Source: Euryarchaeota archaeon UBA229
GTDB lineage: Archaea > Thermoplasmatota > Poseidoniia > Poseidoniales > Poseidoniaceae
Assembly: GCA_002505355.1 (NCBI GenBank)
Contig: DAUW01000076.1
Span: 970-48,550 of the forward strand
Length of the DNA: 47,581 nucleotides
Direction of reading: 5' to 3'
The notes below the pieces were generated by a model. That model saw only the letters and a list, made by a program, of their open reading frames with translations, was not told the origin of the DNA and made no database searches. The number at the start of each line of letters is the position of its first letter. The stretch's first letter is position 1. The position numbers and the translations under genes are program-made. This document shows positions 27,327 through 37,094 of this stretch, piece by piece.

Positions 27327-27983
27327 TCAATTGAATGCTTGGGTTTCTTTCGTTGAGTTACGCAATTTTTTGCTAATTAACGCTGCTAAGACCCCGCCAA
27401 ATGTTGTTGCGGTTAGGTATGCTGGGATTACTGTTGTACTACCAAATACCAAGTTTGGTCCAAAAGTACGTGCGGGATTCATCGATGCCCCTGTGTATGT
27501 GCCAAAGTAAAACGCTAGTATGGCGACGACAATACCGACAATCATGCCGACGACGATATCATTGTTAGTATGCCATATAGTGAGGTAAATACTTAGCATC
27601 AAAGCCATGGTAATTGCCACTTCAATCAGTATTCCCCAACCGAGGTTTAGTGAAAAATCAGTCGCTCCTGAGCCACCTAAGGCTAGTCCGGCAATTAACC
27701 CACCAAGTAACTGGGCGCAGACATAAGTGGGAAGCAATTTTTTGTCCAATTCGCCAGATATAGAAAATGCAATAGATACCGCAGGGTTGATGTGCGCACC
27801 ACTAAATCGCCGGGAAAATACAATCACAACACAGACTGCTCCGCCGAATGCTAGTGAAATAATAGGCTCGCCGCTATCCTGTTTGATCGCCAAACACCCA
27901 ATGAATACCATGAAAAAAGTCCCAATAAGTTCAGAGACAAATTCCACTCGCATGTGCCTGCCTGTGAGTCGAGGTTTTTTCAA
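27327..27983 (-). CDS. Aquaporin / MIP channel
   Basis: SGAHINPAVS and GASMNPARTFGP (two NPA motifs), about six TM segments. Confidence 0.95.
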   Translation of the reverse strand: MKKPRLTGRHMRVEFVSELIGTFFMVFIGCLAIKQDSGEPIISLAFGGAVCVVIVFSRRFSGAHINPAVSIAFSISGELDKKLLPTYVCAQLLGGLIAGLALGGSGATDFSLNLGWGILIEVAITMALMLSIYLTIWHTNNDIVVGMIVGIVVAILAFYFGTYTGASMNPARTFGPNLVFGSTTVIPAYLTATTFGGVLAALISKKLRNSTKETQAFN

Positions 27984-28035
27984 TTATCTAAATAGATGAA
28001 TCAATCATAATTGTGAATAACTCACACAACTTAGC

Positions 28036-29166
28036 ATGCACATGGCGCAGGATGCTAAGTTGATGGGAATTCCACAACTCTTGCAGTTTAACACACTGCT
28101 TATTCTGGCTACCCTATTCTTAGCTATAGTAGGCAGTCAAATAATGTCAGCCAATCTAGGAGGCAACAACATAATTTATTCAATAATTATTTTGTTACTA
28201 GCTCTTGGTTTGTTGGTAGTATCGGCAGATTTCTTTATTGAGGGTGCAAAAGGATTAGCAAGGAGGGGTGGTATTCCAGAAGTTGTAATTGGTCTTACCA
28301 TCGTATCAATTGGAACTTCCTTGCCAGAAATATTGGTGACCTCGACCTCAGCACTCAACGTAACGGAGAACAAAGAGGTCGCAGATTTTGCGATTGGCGG
28401 CATTTTAGGCTCAGTATTAGTCCAAATAACTTTGATTTTGGGCTTTGTAGCCTTAGTCAAAGGGCTCAAAATAAGGCCATCATGGCTAAACCGGGACGGG
28501 TTAATCATGATGCTGTCACTACTCTTGATGACGCTGTTTCTCATAACAGATGAAGGAATAACTAGAATTGAGGGAATTATCCTGTCGAGTCTCTACGTTG
28601 TCTATATCAGCTGGTTACTCTACAACAGAAAAGAGATTATGGATCAAGAATCTAGCGGTGAGGCTGAATCAATTGAACTGCGCAGTCTATCATGGTCCGG
28701 AGCAGCATATTTTGTCATGGTTCTGATTGGTCTTGCGTTGGCAGTGTTCGCAGCGCATCACCTTGTTGTCAACGCTAGTGACTTGGCATATGAAATGAAC
28801 ATTCCTCACTCGATAATCGGAACGGTAGTCTCAGGTTTGGGAACTTCTCTGCCTGAATTGACAATTGCCTTCATGGCGGCGCAGCGGTCTCAAGGAGTTG
28901 CTATCGGGACATTGATTGGTTCAAACATCACCGACCCTTTGCTGTCAATTGGTATCGCAGCAACGGTCCACCCGCTATATCTCACCGATGCTGGAGCTGA
29001 TATGATTTTGTTAGTGATACTCCCAGCATCCATCATCAGCACCGCAGTTGCGCTTCTACTAATGCGAACATCATATGAATTTAGAAAGTGGGAAGGAATG
29101 ATTCTGATTGTCATATATTTCATCTTCTTAGCGGTTTGCGAATACTTTAGGCGAGTTGGTTTCTAA
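28036..29166 (+). CDS. Sodium:calcium antiporter (CaCA/YrbG family)
   Basis: Two alpha repeats, SIGTSLPE and GLGTSLPE...GSNI; multiple TM segments. Confidence 0.93.
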   Translation: MHMAQDAKLMGIPQLLQFNTLLILATLFLAIVGSQIMSANLGGNNIIYSIIILLLALGLLVVSADFFIEGAKGLARRGGIPEVVIGLTIVSIGTSLPEILVTSTSALNVTENKEVADFAIGGILGSVLVQITLILGFVALVKGLKIRPSWLNRDGLIMMLSLLLMTLFLITDEGITRIEGIILSSLYVVYISWLLYNRKEIMDQESSGEAESIELRSLSWSGAAYFVMVLIGLALAVFAAHHLVVNASDLAYEMNIPHSIIGTVVSGLGTSLPELTIAFMAAQRSQGVAIGTLIGSNITDPLLSIGIAATVHPLYLTDAGADMILLVILPASIISTAVALLLMRTSYEFRKWEGMILIVIYFIFLAVCEYFRRVGF

Positions 29167-29203
29167 ACCATGAAATCTTAACCCTCCACCTCATCCGCAC
29201 ACC

Positions 29204-30352
29204 ATGGTCAACTTCAAGCTCGACGATATGCAAGAAGGTTTGAAAGAACTAGCGCATGAATTTGCCATTGATGAAATCAGACCACATGCAGAACATTGGG
29301 ACGAAAATTCTGAGTACCCTAAAGATGCGATTTCCAAAGCCCATGATTTAGGGATATTGAATTTGCATATCCCGGAACAGTATGGTGGCATGGGTCTAGG
29401 CTGCATGGAAGAGGTGCTTGTCAATGAAGAACTCGCTTGGGGAGACCCCGGATTTGCAACTGCCGCTTACGCTACTGCACTTGCATGTGCGCCGATAATT
29501 ACCGGCGCAACAGAAGAGCAAAAACAAATATGGTTGAGAAGAGTTGCTGAGGAAGGACATTTAGCATCATACGCGGTAACCGAGCCAGGTGCCGGTTCCG
29601 ATGTTGCGGCATGCAAAACAACCGCAATTTTAGATGGTGATGATTACGTCATAAACGGCGAAAAAATGTGGATAACCGGGGCAGGATATTCTGATTTTTT
29701 CTTCGTGCTAGCCAAGACCGATCCGGAAGCGGGTTACCGCGGCATGTCCGGTTTCATTGTCGAAAAAGATACTGACGGCTTTTCGTTGGGCAAAAAGGAA
29801 ACCAACATGGGTCAAAGATGTTCAGATACTCGGTCAATAGTTTTCGATAATGTTAGAGTTAGCAAAGACCACTTGATAGGTGGCAGTGAATCTGGCGGTT
29901 GGATGAATGCTATGAAAGCATTTGATGTCAGCCGACCAAACATTGCTGCGCATGCGACAGGTTTGGCTAGAGCATCATACGAACATGCCTTGCAATATTC
30001 AAATGAACGAATGACGTTTGGCAAACCACTACATCAACATCAGGCTATACAATTTATGCTAGCAGATATGAAAACTAAGATTGAAGCATCAAGAATGCTT
30101 ACTTGGAAATCAGCCAATGAATCTGATGAGGGGATCAGAAATACTGAGTCTGCGGCGCACGCAAAACGGTTTGCGGCCGACACGGCGATGGAAGTCTCGA
30201 CTGACGCAGTTCAGATTTTTGGCGGATATGGCTATTCTGAAGAATATCCAGTCGCCAGATTGATGAGAGCTGCAAAGGTGATGCAAATTTACGAGGGCTC
30301 GTCACAAGTTCAAAGGATGATTATTGGAAGAGAGATTACCAAAGATTTCTAG
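29204..30352 (+). CDS. Acyl-CoA dehydrogenase (MCAD-like)
   Basis: YAVTEPGAGSDV, GEKMWIT, MGQRCSDT, QIFGGYGY, QIYEGSSQVQR. Confidence 0.96.
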   Translation: MVNFKLDDMQEGLKELAHEFAIDEIRPHAEHWDENSEYPKDAISKAHDLGILNLHIPEQYGGMGLGCMEEVLVNEELAWGDPGFATAAYATALACAPIITGATEEQKQIWLRRVAEEGHLASYAVTEPGAGSDVAACKTTAILDGDDYVINGEKMWITGAGYSDFFFVLAKTDPEAGYRGMSGFIVEKDTDGFSLGKKETNMGQRCSDTRSIVFDNVRVSKDHLIGGSESGGWMNAMKAFDVSRPNIAAHATGLARASYEHALQYSNERMTFGKPLHQHQAIQFMLADMKTKIEASRMLTWKSANESDEGIRNTESAAHAKRFAADTAMEVSTDAVQIFGGYGYSEEYPVARLMRAAKVMQIYEGSSQVQRMIIGREITKDF

Positions 30353-30964
30353 TTGAAATTTCGAGGTGAGAATTTGCCAACTGGTATCCCCGCTATCGTC
30401 CTCAGTGGTGGCAGCAGCAATCGTCTCGGCCAACCAAAAGCGTTGGTTAGTATCCAAGGCAAGTCACTACTGTCACTGGCAATAAAAAAATTGCAGCATG
30501 CAGGTTGTATGCCAGTTGTCGTTGTCGTCAACAAAAATTTGCAATATGATGCCTTAATCCATTCACATGGTGCGACCATCGTAGTGAATAAAACACCACA
30601 GAACGGTCGAACCGGTAGTCTCAAGATTGGGTTAAACTCACTTATCGCCGAATTGGGTAGAGTTCCAAACCAGATTATTATGTGTCCAATAGATCGGCCA
30701 GGCTGGAAATCCAGTCATATCGGTTCATTGGTCAACTCCGGAACCTCATCATGTTTGGTAGAAGGTGGCAAAAAAGGTCACCCAGTATCGTTAGTAAAAG
30801 ATGACTTACTTAATATCTTGGGCGCACCTGATGATGCATCACTGAGGAGTCTAGTAGATTTCAGCCCGGTAGAAATAGACAATGGACTTTTGTGGCTAAA
30901 CATCGATACACCTGTCGATTTGGAAAAATTGGCCGACAATTCAAATTTCTTTGATGAACTTTGA
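30353..30964 (+). CDS. MocA/MobA-like nucleotidyltransferase (molybdenum cofactor dinucleotide synthesis)
   Basis: IVLSGGSSNRLGQPKAL, PIDRP, GHPV, NIDTPVDL; adjacent to XdhC. Confidence 0.85.
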   Translation: MKFRGENLPTGIPAIVLSGGSSNRLGQPKALVSIQGKSLLSLAIKKLQHAGCMPVVVVVNKNLQYDALIHSHGATIVVNKTPQNGRTGSLKIGLNSLIAELGRVPNQIIMCPIDRPGWKSSHIGSLVNSGTSSCLVEGGKKGHPVSLVKDDLLNILGAPDDASLRSLVDFSPVEIDNGLLWLNIDTPVDLEKLADNSNFFDEL

Positions 30965-31002
30965 GGCGTAAATGGTATCTGTGAAGATGATGCCGCCAAA
31001 CC

Positions 31003-31878
31003 ATGACGAAGCACACTTTATCCTGGGTGGTGAGTAAATTAGCACTTAGGCGACGGGTTGTCATGGCTAGTGTAGTTCAAGCATCAGGCAGTGTGCCCGG
31101 TAAGGTCGGTGCAAGACTAGCGGTTGCTGAGCTAACCCCCGGATTTCACGGAACAATTGGTGGCGCCGGTCTCGAGCATAAGGTGCTAAATCGCTGCAAT
31201 GAATTGCTCAATATCCACACTGAGCCATTTGGTGAGGTGTTGAATTTTGGTTTAAACAAAGGAGCGAAGGGCTATGAAGTACAACCGCTTGATTCTCTTT
31301 GTGGGGGAAGAGTTACAGTGTCCATAGAAGTAATAATTCCCCCACCGCATATCTTGATGATGGGTGGAGGCCACTGTGCTAATGCATTATCGGCTGCTAT
31401 ACAGTCGCTCAATTGGAATTATTCTATTACCGATTCAAGACTTGAATTCTGTAATAACGACCTCTTTCCCACGGCTTCGGAATTAATTCATTGCTCTGTG
31501 GAGGACCACCTCAACAAAGAATCCTATGAATCAGTTAATCGCTTTTCTGATATCCTATTGCTTGGACACGATTGGTCGGAAGATCAGTACAGACTGCTAG
31601 GCCTGCTTGAACTATGTCAAAGTAACAACGCCAGACCGAATGGGAAGACATTTCCCAGGATCGGCGTTATTGGCAGTAGAAGTAAATGGCAGTCATTTTG
31701 CCAAGCTGCCGTTCAGCAGGGCATCAACCAAGAATTACTCGATGACGTGATTTGTCCGATCGGGTTGAACATCGGAGCAGAATCTCCGGAAGAAATCGCA
31801 GTCGCCGTAACTGCGCAAATACTTGCCTTTGCTAAAGGTGTGTCCCCAGGTCAGAAAAATTGGCGGGAATCACTGTGA
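31003..31878 (+). CDS. xdhC: XdhC/CoxI family molybdoenzyme maturation protein
   Basis: GSVPGKVGA, GTIGGAGLE, CGGRV, GGGHC, IGSRSK, PIGLNIGAESPEEIAVAV. Confidence 0.9.
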   Translation: MTKHTLSWVVSKLALRRRVVMASVVQASGSVPGKVGARLAVAELTPGFHGTIGGAGLEHKVLNRCNELLNIHTEPFGEVLNFGLNKGAKGYEVQPLDSLCGGRVTVSIEVIIPPPHILMMGGGHCANALSAAIQSLNWNYSITDSRLEFCNNDLFPTASELIHCSVEDHLNKESYESVNRFSDILLLGHDWSEDQYRLLGLLELCQSNNARPNGKTFPRIGVIGSRSKWQSFCQAAVQQGINQELLDDVICPIGLNIGAESPEEIAVAVTAQILAFAKGVSPGQKNWRESL

Positions 31879-32418
31879 ATCAGTGAAGATTTTTTCCCTA
31901 AAATATTGCAACTCCTCAATCGACTCAAGCACATCATCGAGAGCTAGGTGAGAGAGTTTCTTTCGATAACGGTCCAACTTTGGATACCACCTTTTGGCCA
32001 GTTCTTTGATAGTAGATACATCGACCATCCGGTAATGAAGATAATCTGCAACAAGCGGCATTTCTTTATCTAAAAACCGGCGATCATTCCAGATACTATT
32101 GCCACACAGCGGTGCAGTTCTCGGTTCAACCCACTCCTTGAGAAAATCCAAGGTCTGGCGCTCAGCTTCTTTGATTGGTACACCAATCGTTTTGATTCTA
32201 TCGACTAAACCGCTTCTGTTGTGATGCGTGGTATTCCACTCATCCATGCCATCAAGTAATTCATCAGATACCGAAATTGCCAAATTAGGCCCTTGAGCAA
32301 GGATGTTTAATTCACTATCCGTGATTATTGTGGCAATTTCGATGATTGATTCCTTGGCAATATCTAGACCAGTCATCTCCAAATCAATCCAAACCATGCG
32401 CTGGTTCCGCTCGTCCAT
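31870..32418 (-). CDS. orn: Oligoribonuclease
   Basis: WIDLEMTGLD, MDEWNTTHH..SGL, PLCGNS..DRRFL, HYRMVDVSTIKEL, HLALDDVLESIEEL. ATG 32418 is the preferred start. Confidence 0.96.
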   Translation of the reverse strand: MDERNQRMVWIDLEMTGLDIAKESIIEIATIITDSELNILAQGPNLAISVSDELLDGMDEWNTTHHNRSGLVDRIKTIGVPIKEAERQTLDFLKEWVEPRTAPLCGNSIWNDRRFLDKEMPLVADYLHYRMVDVSTIKELAKRWYPKLDRYRKKLSHLALDDVLESIEELQYFREKIFTDSQ

Positions 32419-32478
32419 GTGGGGCCCTAACTGCCAATGCATTTCAAAACGGCGGCCTTGTCTAAGTGTTAATACTGG

Positions 32479-33672
32479 TTAATCAACTCTAAACGTGCAA
32501 ACCTTTGGGCGAGTGAAAATTTTATGTCTAAAGCGTGCAACTATACTATATGCGAAATTTCTTGCTGGTAGAGGTATCAACCAACAGAGCGGGAATAGCA
32601 TTCTGTAATACCATTTCATGTATAATAAACATCTAATTGCTGCACTCGATTTCATGTATGGTTTCCCGTTTCTAATTAAGTATACAGTGTCTGCAGCGAT
32701 GAATTTTTTCGGTAGTGACATAATTACTCTTTGTGCATCCGGTGAACTATTGGGACGGTATCCAATGTTTGCCTTTGGAGACATACGCTTGTCCATGAAT
32801 GTAGCTAATCTATGACATAAACCACAATCCCCATCGAGGAATAGGAAGTCGCGGTTTATGTCGGTGCCAATTCGTTCTGCAATTTCTATAGAATAGGTGT
32901 TGACAACAACGCCGTCAGAATAGTGGACAATATCTGGAGTTAGATAATCATTAATTCCGAAATCAAAACTTTTGGTCAGCGAATTTTCTTTCAGCTCAAC
33001 CTTGGCGACACTAAACCGCCACGGCTTGTGGTGCGTATAGCCTCTCATTAATCGATTGTCTATGCTTGTATACAGGCTGTATCGTTCGAATAAAAATTCC
33101 TCAATACTACCTTTTTCTGCCTGTTGAGTGGGACCTGCGATGGTCGTCACACCAGATAGAGCCATCTCACTGGATTGTCTTTTGCTTTGCCACATTACTC
33201 GGCTATCATTTTTGATGACGCGCCCATTCGCATAATTGTACGGTAATCCGTAGGCCCTCGTAGCATAGTTACAGGTGATGATGCTTTTTGCTTCTAAGGT
33301 GAGAAAATAGACACCGGCAATCCCGTCTTTCTTAACGTAAGTTCGAACATTGAATTCTGGGAATGTAGAAATAAATGGCACGCTGAACAACCGTCTAGGC
33401 CTAACGTTTTTCATTACAAAGGGGACTAATCCTATGTACGCTTTCCCATCATAAGTGTCAATTTCTAACCCATCTGGAATGTGTGGCTGCAACTTGGCTA
33501 CATCAACTTCCCAATGCATGAAGGTCAAATCTCGCCATTCTTGCGAGAGCGAATGTTTACGACTCGGCATAGGGAATGGAAGATGGTCTGTTGGAAAACT
33601 CCCCTCCATGTTCAGCGCATGGCTTAATCTTGCTTGAATATAACCAATATTTCTTGTAAAAGAGTTGTTCAT
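32479..33672 (-). CDS. DUF2071 (YqjF-like) domain fused to a DCC1/DUF393 thiol-disulfide oxidoreductase-like domain
   Basis: QEWRDLTFMHW, FPEFNVRTYV, GVYFLTLEA, GLPY, FLFERY; C-terminal LDGDCGLC, KSSAAI and YSIVARFRH. The start may be ATG 33609. Confidence 0.85.
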   Translation of the reverse strand: MNNSFTRNIGYIQARLSHALNMEGSFPTDHLPFPMPSRKHSLSQEWRDLTFMHWEVDVAKLQPHIPDGLEIDTYDGKAYIGLVPFVMKNVRPRRLFSVPFISTFPEFNVRTYVKKDGIAGVYFLTLEAKSIITCNYATRAYGLPYNYANGRVIKNDSRVMWQSKRQSSEMALSGVTTIAGPTQQAEKGSIEEFLFERYSLYTSIDNRLMRGYTHHKPWRFSVAKVELKENSLTKSFDFGINDYLTPDIVHYSDGVVVNTYSIEIAERIGTDINRDFLFLDGDCGLCHRLATFMDKRMSPKANIGYRPNSSPDAQRVIMSLPKKFIAADTVYLIRNGKPYMKSSAAIRCLLYMKWYYRMLFPLCWLIPLPARNFAYSIVARFRHKIFTRPKVCTFRVD

Positions 33673-33713
33673 TGTTTAGTTATATTGATTTAACAAGCAT
33701 ACTAGCATAACTT

Positions 33714-35048
33714 ATGGCGGAGTTGCTGGAAGCAGAGTTGGTGGAAGAAAGTTCCTCCGGCAGGCTACTCGCCGGATTGCTAATCGCTTCGCTGCTGATA
33801 AGTGCAATTTTCTTAGCCTTCGCATATTCTCCAGCAGATAAGCAACCATCAAATTCGGCGGCAGTTGAGTCTTCAGACGACTGGCGTGCATTTTCTGTTG
33901 TCGCACCAATCGATACAGGCATCAACGTGTATCATGATCATTTCAGGACAAATGAGACTTATCCACAGTGGCTGTTAGACGATCTAGGTGTAAACAAAGT
34001 CTGTGAGCTTACATTCAACGGGACTTGGGAGGAAAGATACGAGTCTGACAGATTAGATTGCTGGGATAATCTCACAACTTCAGACATTGTCTACTTCCCG
34101 GGTACCAAGATAATCGGGACCTCACCAGATGGTAGCGGAGGTGTGTTAATTCTTGATGACCCATCAGATGGTCATGGAACTGCCGTAACGGGCTCGGTGA
34201 TTGACGCCAATCCAGACGCAGTAATTTTCTTTGTCGAGGGTTTCTCAGATAGTGCAGTCCTCGCCGCAGCAAACCAACCATTGGTTGATGTCATCTCGAC
34301 CTCATTTGGTGCCATTGGCTCGATACCCGTGCCAGGAATAGAAGATGCCACCAGGGTTGCAGTAGTGGATCATAACAAGTTGCATACTGGTGCTGCAGAC
34401 AATTCCCCGTCCCCGGCCATCCAAGATGCCACAGCAGGGCCGCCGTGGTCGATCGGTATCGCTGGATATGCAGAAGAAGGAGACGATCAAAAGGAAATAA
34501 TGTCAGGTTCTTATCCCGATATTTCGGCTGATTGGACGCAATACTTGCCTAATCATGATGACATTGATGGCTATCACGAAACCTCAGGCACATCGTTTGC
34601 CACCCCTAGGACGGCGGGTATTATCTCATACGTTCTGCAAAGTTTGCGACATGAGTTTAACGATACCAGTTCGGGAGCCTCTGACGAGCGCGGCGGTATG
34701 TTAGTGAACGGTACCAATTTCTCTGTGTCTAATTCAGAGGTTAGACAGGCGATAAATCTCTCAGCGTGGTACCCAGATTTTGGTTGGGATCCAACCTCCG
34801 GAACAATGCCCATTTCACCGGTAATGCCCTGTACCCAAACCGGCTGGGGTTTAGTCAACTTATCCAATATCGAACCTCTCATAGGTCACCTTAACCAAAC
34901 CTCTCCACTGGCTGATAGGCCGTCCGATGTTACTGCGTGTATGACAGTAAATCAAGAAATGCGGGAATCATATTGGGGGGCCTACCCAAGTTCCACTATT
35001 GCTCTGGAAATTGTGGACGCCGATGAGTACGCAACATGGCGAAATTGA
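33714..35048 (+). CDS. Membrane-anchored S8 (subtilase) serine peptidase
   Basis: Catalytic triad motifs IDTG, GHGT and SGTSFATP; N-terminal TM. Confidence 0.85.
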   Translation: MAELLEAELVEESSSGRLLAGLLIASLLISAIFLAFAYSPADKQPSNSAAVESSDDWRAFSVVAPIDTGINVYHDHFRTNETYPQWLLDDLGVNKVCELTFNGTWEERYESDRLDCWDNLTTSDIVYFPGTKIIGTSPDGSGGVLILDDPSDGHGTAVTGSVIDANPDAVIFFVEGFSDSAVLAAANQPLVDVISTSFGAIGSIPVPGIEDATRVAVVDHNKLHTGAADNSPSPAIQDATAGPPWSIGIAGYAEEGDDQKEIMSGSYPDISADWTQYLPNHDDIDGYHETSGTSFATPRTAGIISYVLQSLRHEFNDTSSGASDERGGMLVNGTNFSVSNSEVRQAINLSAWYPDFGWDPTSGTMPISPVMPCTQTGWGLVNLSNIEPLIGHLNQTSPLADRPSDVTACMTVNQEMRESYWGAYPSSTIALEIVDADEYATWRN

Positions 35049-35111
35049 GTATTCATGGCTAATACTTACAGACCAATTATTGATTAATCAGTGATGATTG
35101 GGTGATATCGT

Positions 35112-37025
35112 ATGACAAGAATGAGTGCCACGGTCTCGATATTGCTAATTTCCTTGATGCTTCTGCCTTCCATGGGGGCAGTTGTGCCTGTTGATGCTGA
35201 ACCAGCATCCCAAGAAGAACCAGGCTGGTGGGTCGATACTACCGTTGACCGTAACAAAAATGGTATTGGAGATATGATCGAGAAGCATATCGATAACCCA
35301 ATTTTATTGGAAGACGGAACCTTGCCTATAATCATTGATTTTGATCACACTCCAGACCAAGAAGATGTGGACATGTTAATCGAAAATGTTCACTATGAAC
35401 ACGAGTGGTTCTTACCGGGTATTGACGCTGTTGCAGGTAGATTACCAGTGAGTCTGCTCAGTGAAGCGACCAACCTACCAGGTGTTGTAATGCTCGAATT
35501 GGACGGTATTATGTCAATTCAGAATGGTGATGCTGTTGCACTGCATGGCGTAGATAGTGCATGGTCCGAAACTGGGTATGACGGTTCAGGCACCACAGTG
35601 GCAATTATTGACACTGGTATAGATGGTGCACACGCTAGCTTAGATGACCAAGACGATGACCCAGAGACCAATGACCCCAAAGTCATAGCATTTTATGATC
35701 CGGTGAACAACCCTAGTTTGACCAACGGAACTGAAATTTTCCCATATGACGACCAGGGCCATGGTTCCCATTGTGCCGGAACCACTGCAGGAACCGGTGC
35801 ACCTACCTTCGAAAACCCAGGGATGGCACCAAAAGCAAAACTAGTTGGTGTCAAGGTACTAGATTCTGGCGGCTCGGGCTCTTTTGCTGTAGTAATGGCT
35901 GGTATGCAGTGGACCATTGATAATCGCTACCAGTTCAATATTAGAGTTGCCTCAATGTCATTAGGAGCGTTTGGAATCATCGAATGGCAATCATCAGAAG
36001 AAGACAGTGTCAATCGTATGGCTAATGAGATGGTTTACAATGACATAACACTCTTTATCGCTGCCGGTAACTCTGCAGGAAGGGGAACCATCGGTACTCC
36101 CGGTAGTGCTGAAGATGCCATCACAGTGGGGGCTTTAGACAAAGACTCCTCGATTGCATCATACTCCAGTCAGGGACCAACAGAAGAAAATCGGGTCAAA
36201 CCAAATGTTGCTTATGTTGGCTCTGACGTAATGTCAGTAGCTCACAACACCGGAGATGGCTACACTGCCTTCTCTGGAACATCGATGGCGACACCGGGGG
36301 CGGCTGGTGTTGCAGCTCTTATGCTACAAGCAAATCCTGGGTTAAGCCCGTTTGAAGTAAGGAATTTCATGCAGGAAACCGCTGAATACCGGGCTTGTAC
36401 ATACATGGGTGATCCAGCAGGTGTTGATGGTTGTGACGATAATGATGCTCAGAATATTGTTACTAAGAATCGACAAAACAATGTTTACGGACACGGCGAA
36501 GTGAGAGCTCTTGAGTCGGTCCTTGCAGCTGCAGAGAAATATTACGTGTTCGATACATCGATGGAAATAACCATCGATAGTGATCCAACCCATGACAACA
36601 CACACACACATCTATCTCCAAAAGAGTCAATTAGTTTCTCGACCAGTGGTGGCATCGAAACAATTCAGTGGCGTAGCAATCACATTGTTGATGATTGGAC
36701 AAATCTTCAATCCTATCAAAGCGGCGACGCTGGTGGCGAAATAACGGCAATTGACATCATTCAACAATTTTCTTACTTGCCAGGTATCGATCTCGAGGGT
36801 AATCACACCATATCAATCAGAGGGTTACAATCAAACCAAAGCGGCGGTCATTCGTCATCACCACTGGTGACAATTGACATAATGCTGATGGACACTGATT
36901 CGGCTTATCAAAACGAGTCCGCTAACACTCCTGGTTTCACTTTGCTGACCGTCTCACTGGCGTCCGCAATCGCCTTATTTGTCAATCGAAAGCAAAAAAA
37001 TTCAACCGTAACCGATGAAGAGTGA
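35112..37025 (+). CDS. Secreted S8 serine peptidase with a PGF-CTERM-like anchor
   Basis: Signal peptide, IIDTGID, GHGSHCAG, AAGN, SGTSMATP; C-terminal TPGF + TM + RKQK. Confidence 0.95.
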   Translation: MTRMSATVSILLISLMLLPSMGAVVPVDAEPASQEEPGWWVDTTVDRNKNGIGDMIEKHIDNPILLEDGTLPIIIDFDHTPDQEDVDMLIENVHYEHEWFLPGIDAVAGRLPVSLLSEATNLPGVVMLELDGIMSIQNGDAVALHGVDSAWSETGYDGSGTTVAIIDTGIDGAHASLDDQDDDPETNDPKVIAFYDPVNNPSLTNGTEIFPYDDQGHGSHCAGTTAGTGAPTFENPGMAPKAKLVGVKVLDSGGSGSFAVVMAGMQWTIDNRYQFNIRVASMSLGAFGIIEWQSSEEDSVNRMANEMVYNDITLFIAAGNSAGRGTIGTPGSAEDAITVGALDKDSSIASYSSQGPTEENRVKPNVAYVGSDVMSVAHNTGDGYTAFSGTSMATPGAAGVAALMLQANPGLSPFEVRNFMQETAEYRACTYMGDPAGVDGCDDNDAQNIVTKNRQNNVYGHGEVRALESVLAAAEKYYVFDTSMEITIDSDPTHDNTHTHLSPKESISFSTSGGIETIQWRSNHIVDDWTNLQSYQSGDAGGEITAIDIIQQFSYLPGIDLEGNHTISIRGLQSNQSGGHSSSPLVTIDIMLMDTDSAYQNESANTPGFTLLTVSLASAIALFVNRKQKNSTVTDEE

Positions 37026-37094
37026 ATAAAAAATCACAGTATTTCAGTATGAAATAGCGGTGATGTAAAGAGTAGTACTCATTGGCAATACCAT

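Noticed and set aside
36598..36610. (AC)n microsatellite as a phase-variation tract in the S8 peptidase
   Set aside because: Only about six units, the frame is intact (encodes THTH), and it is compatible with chance.
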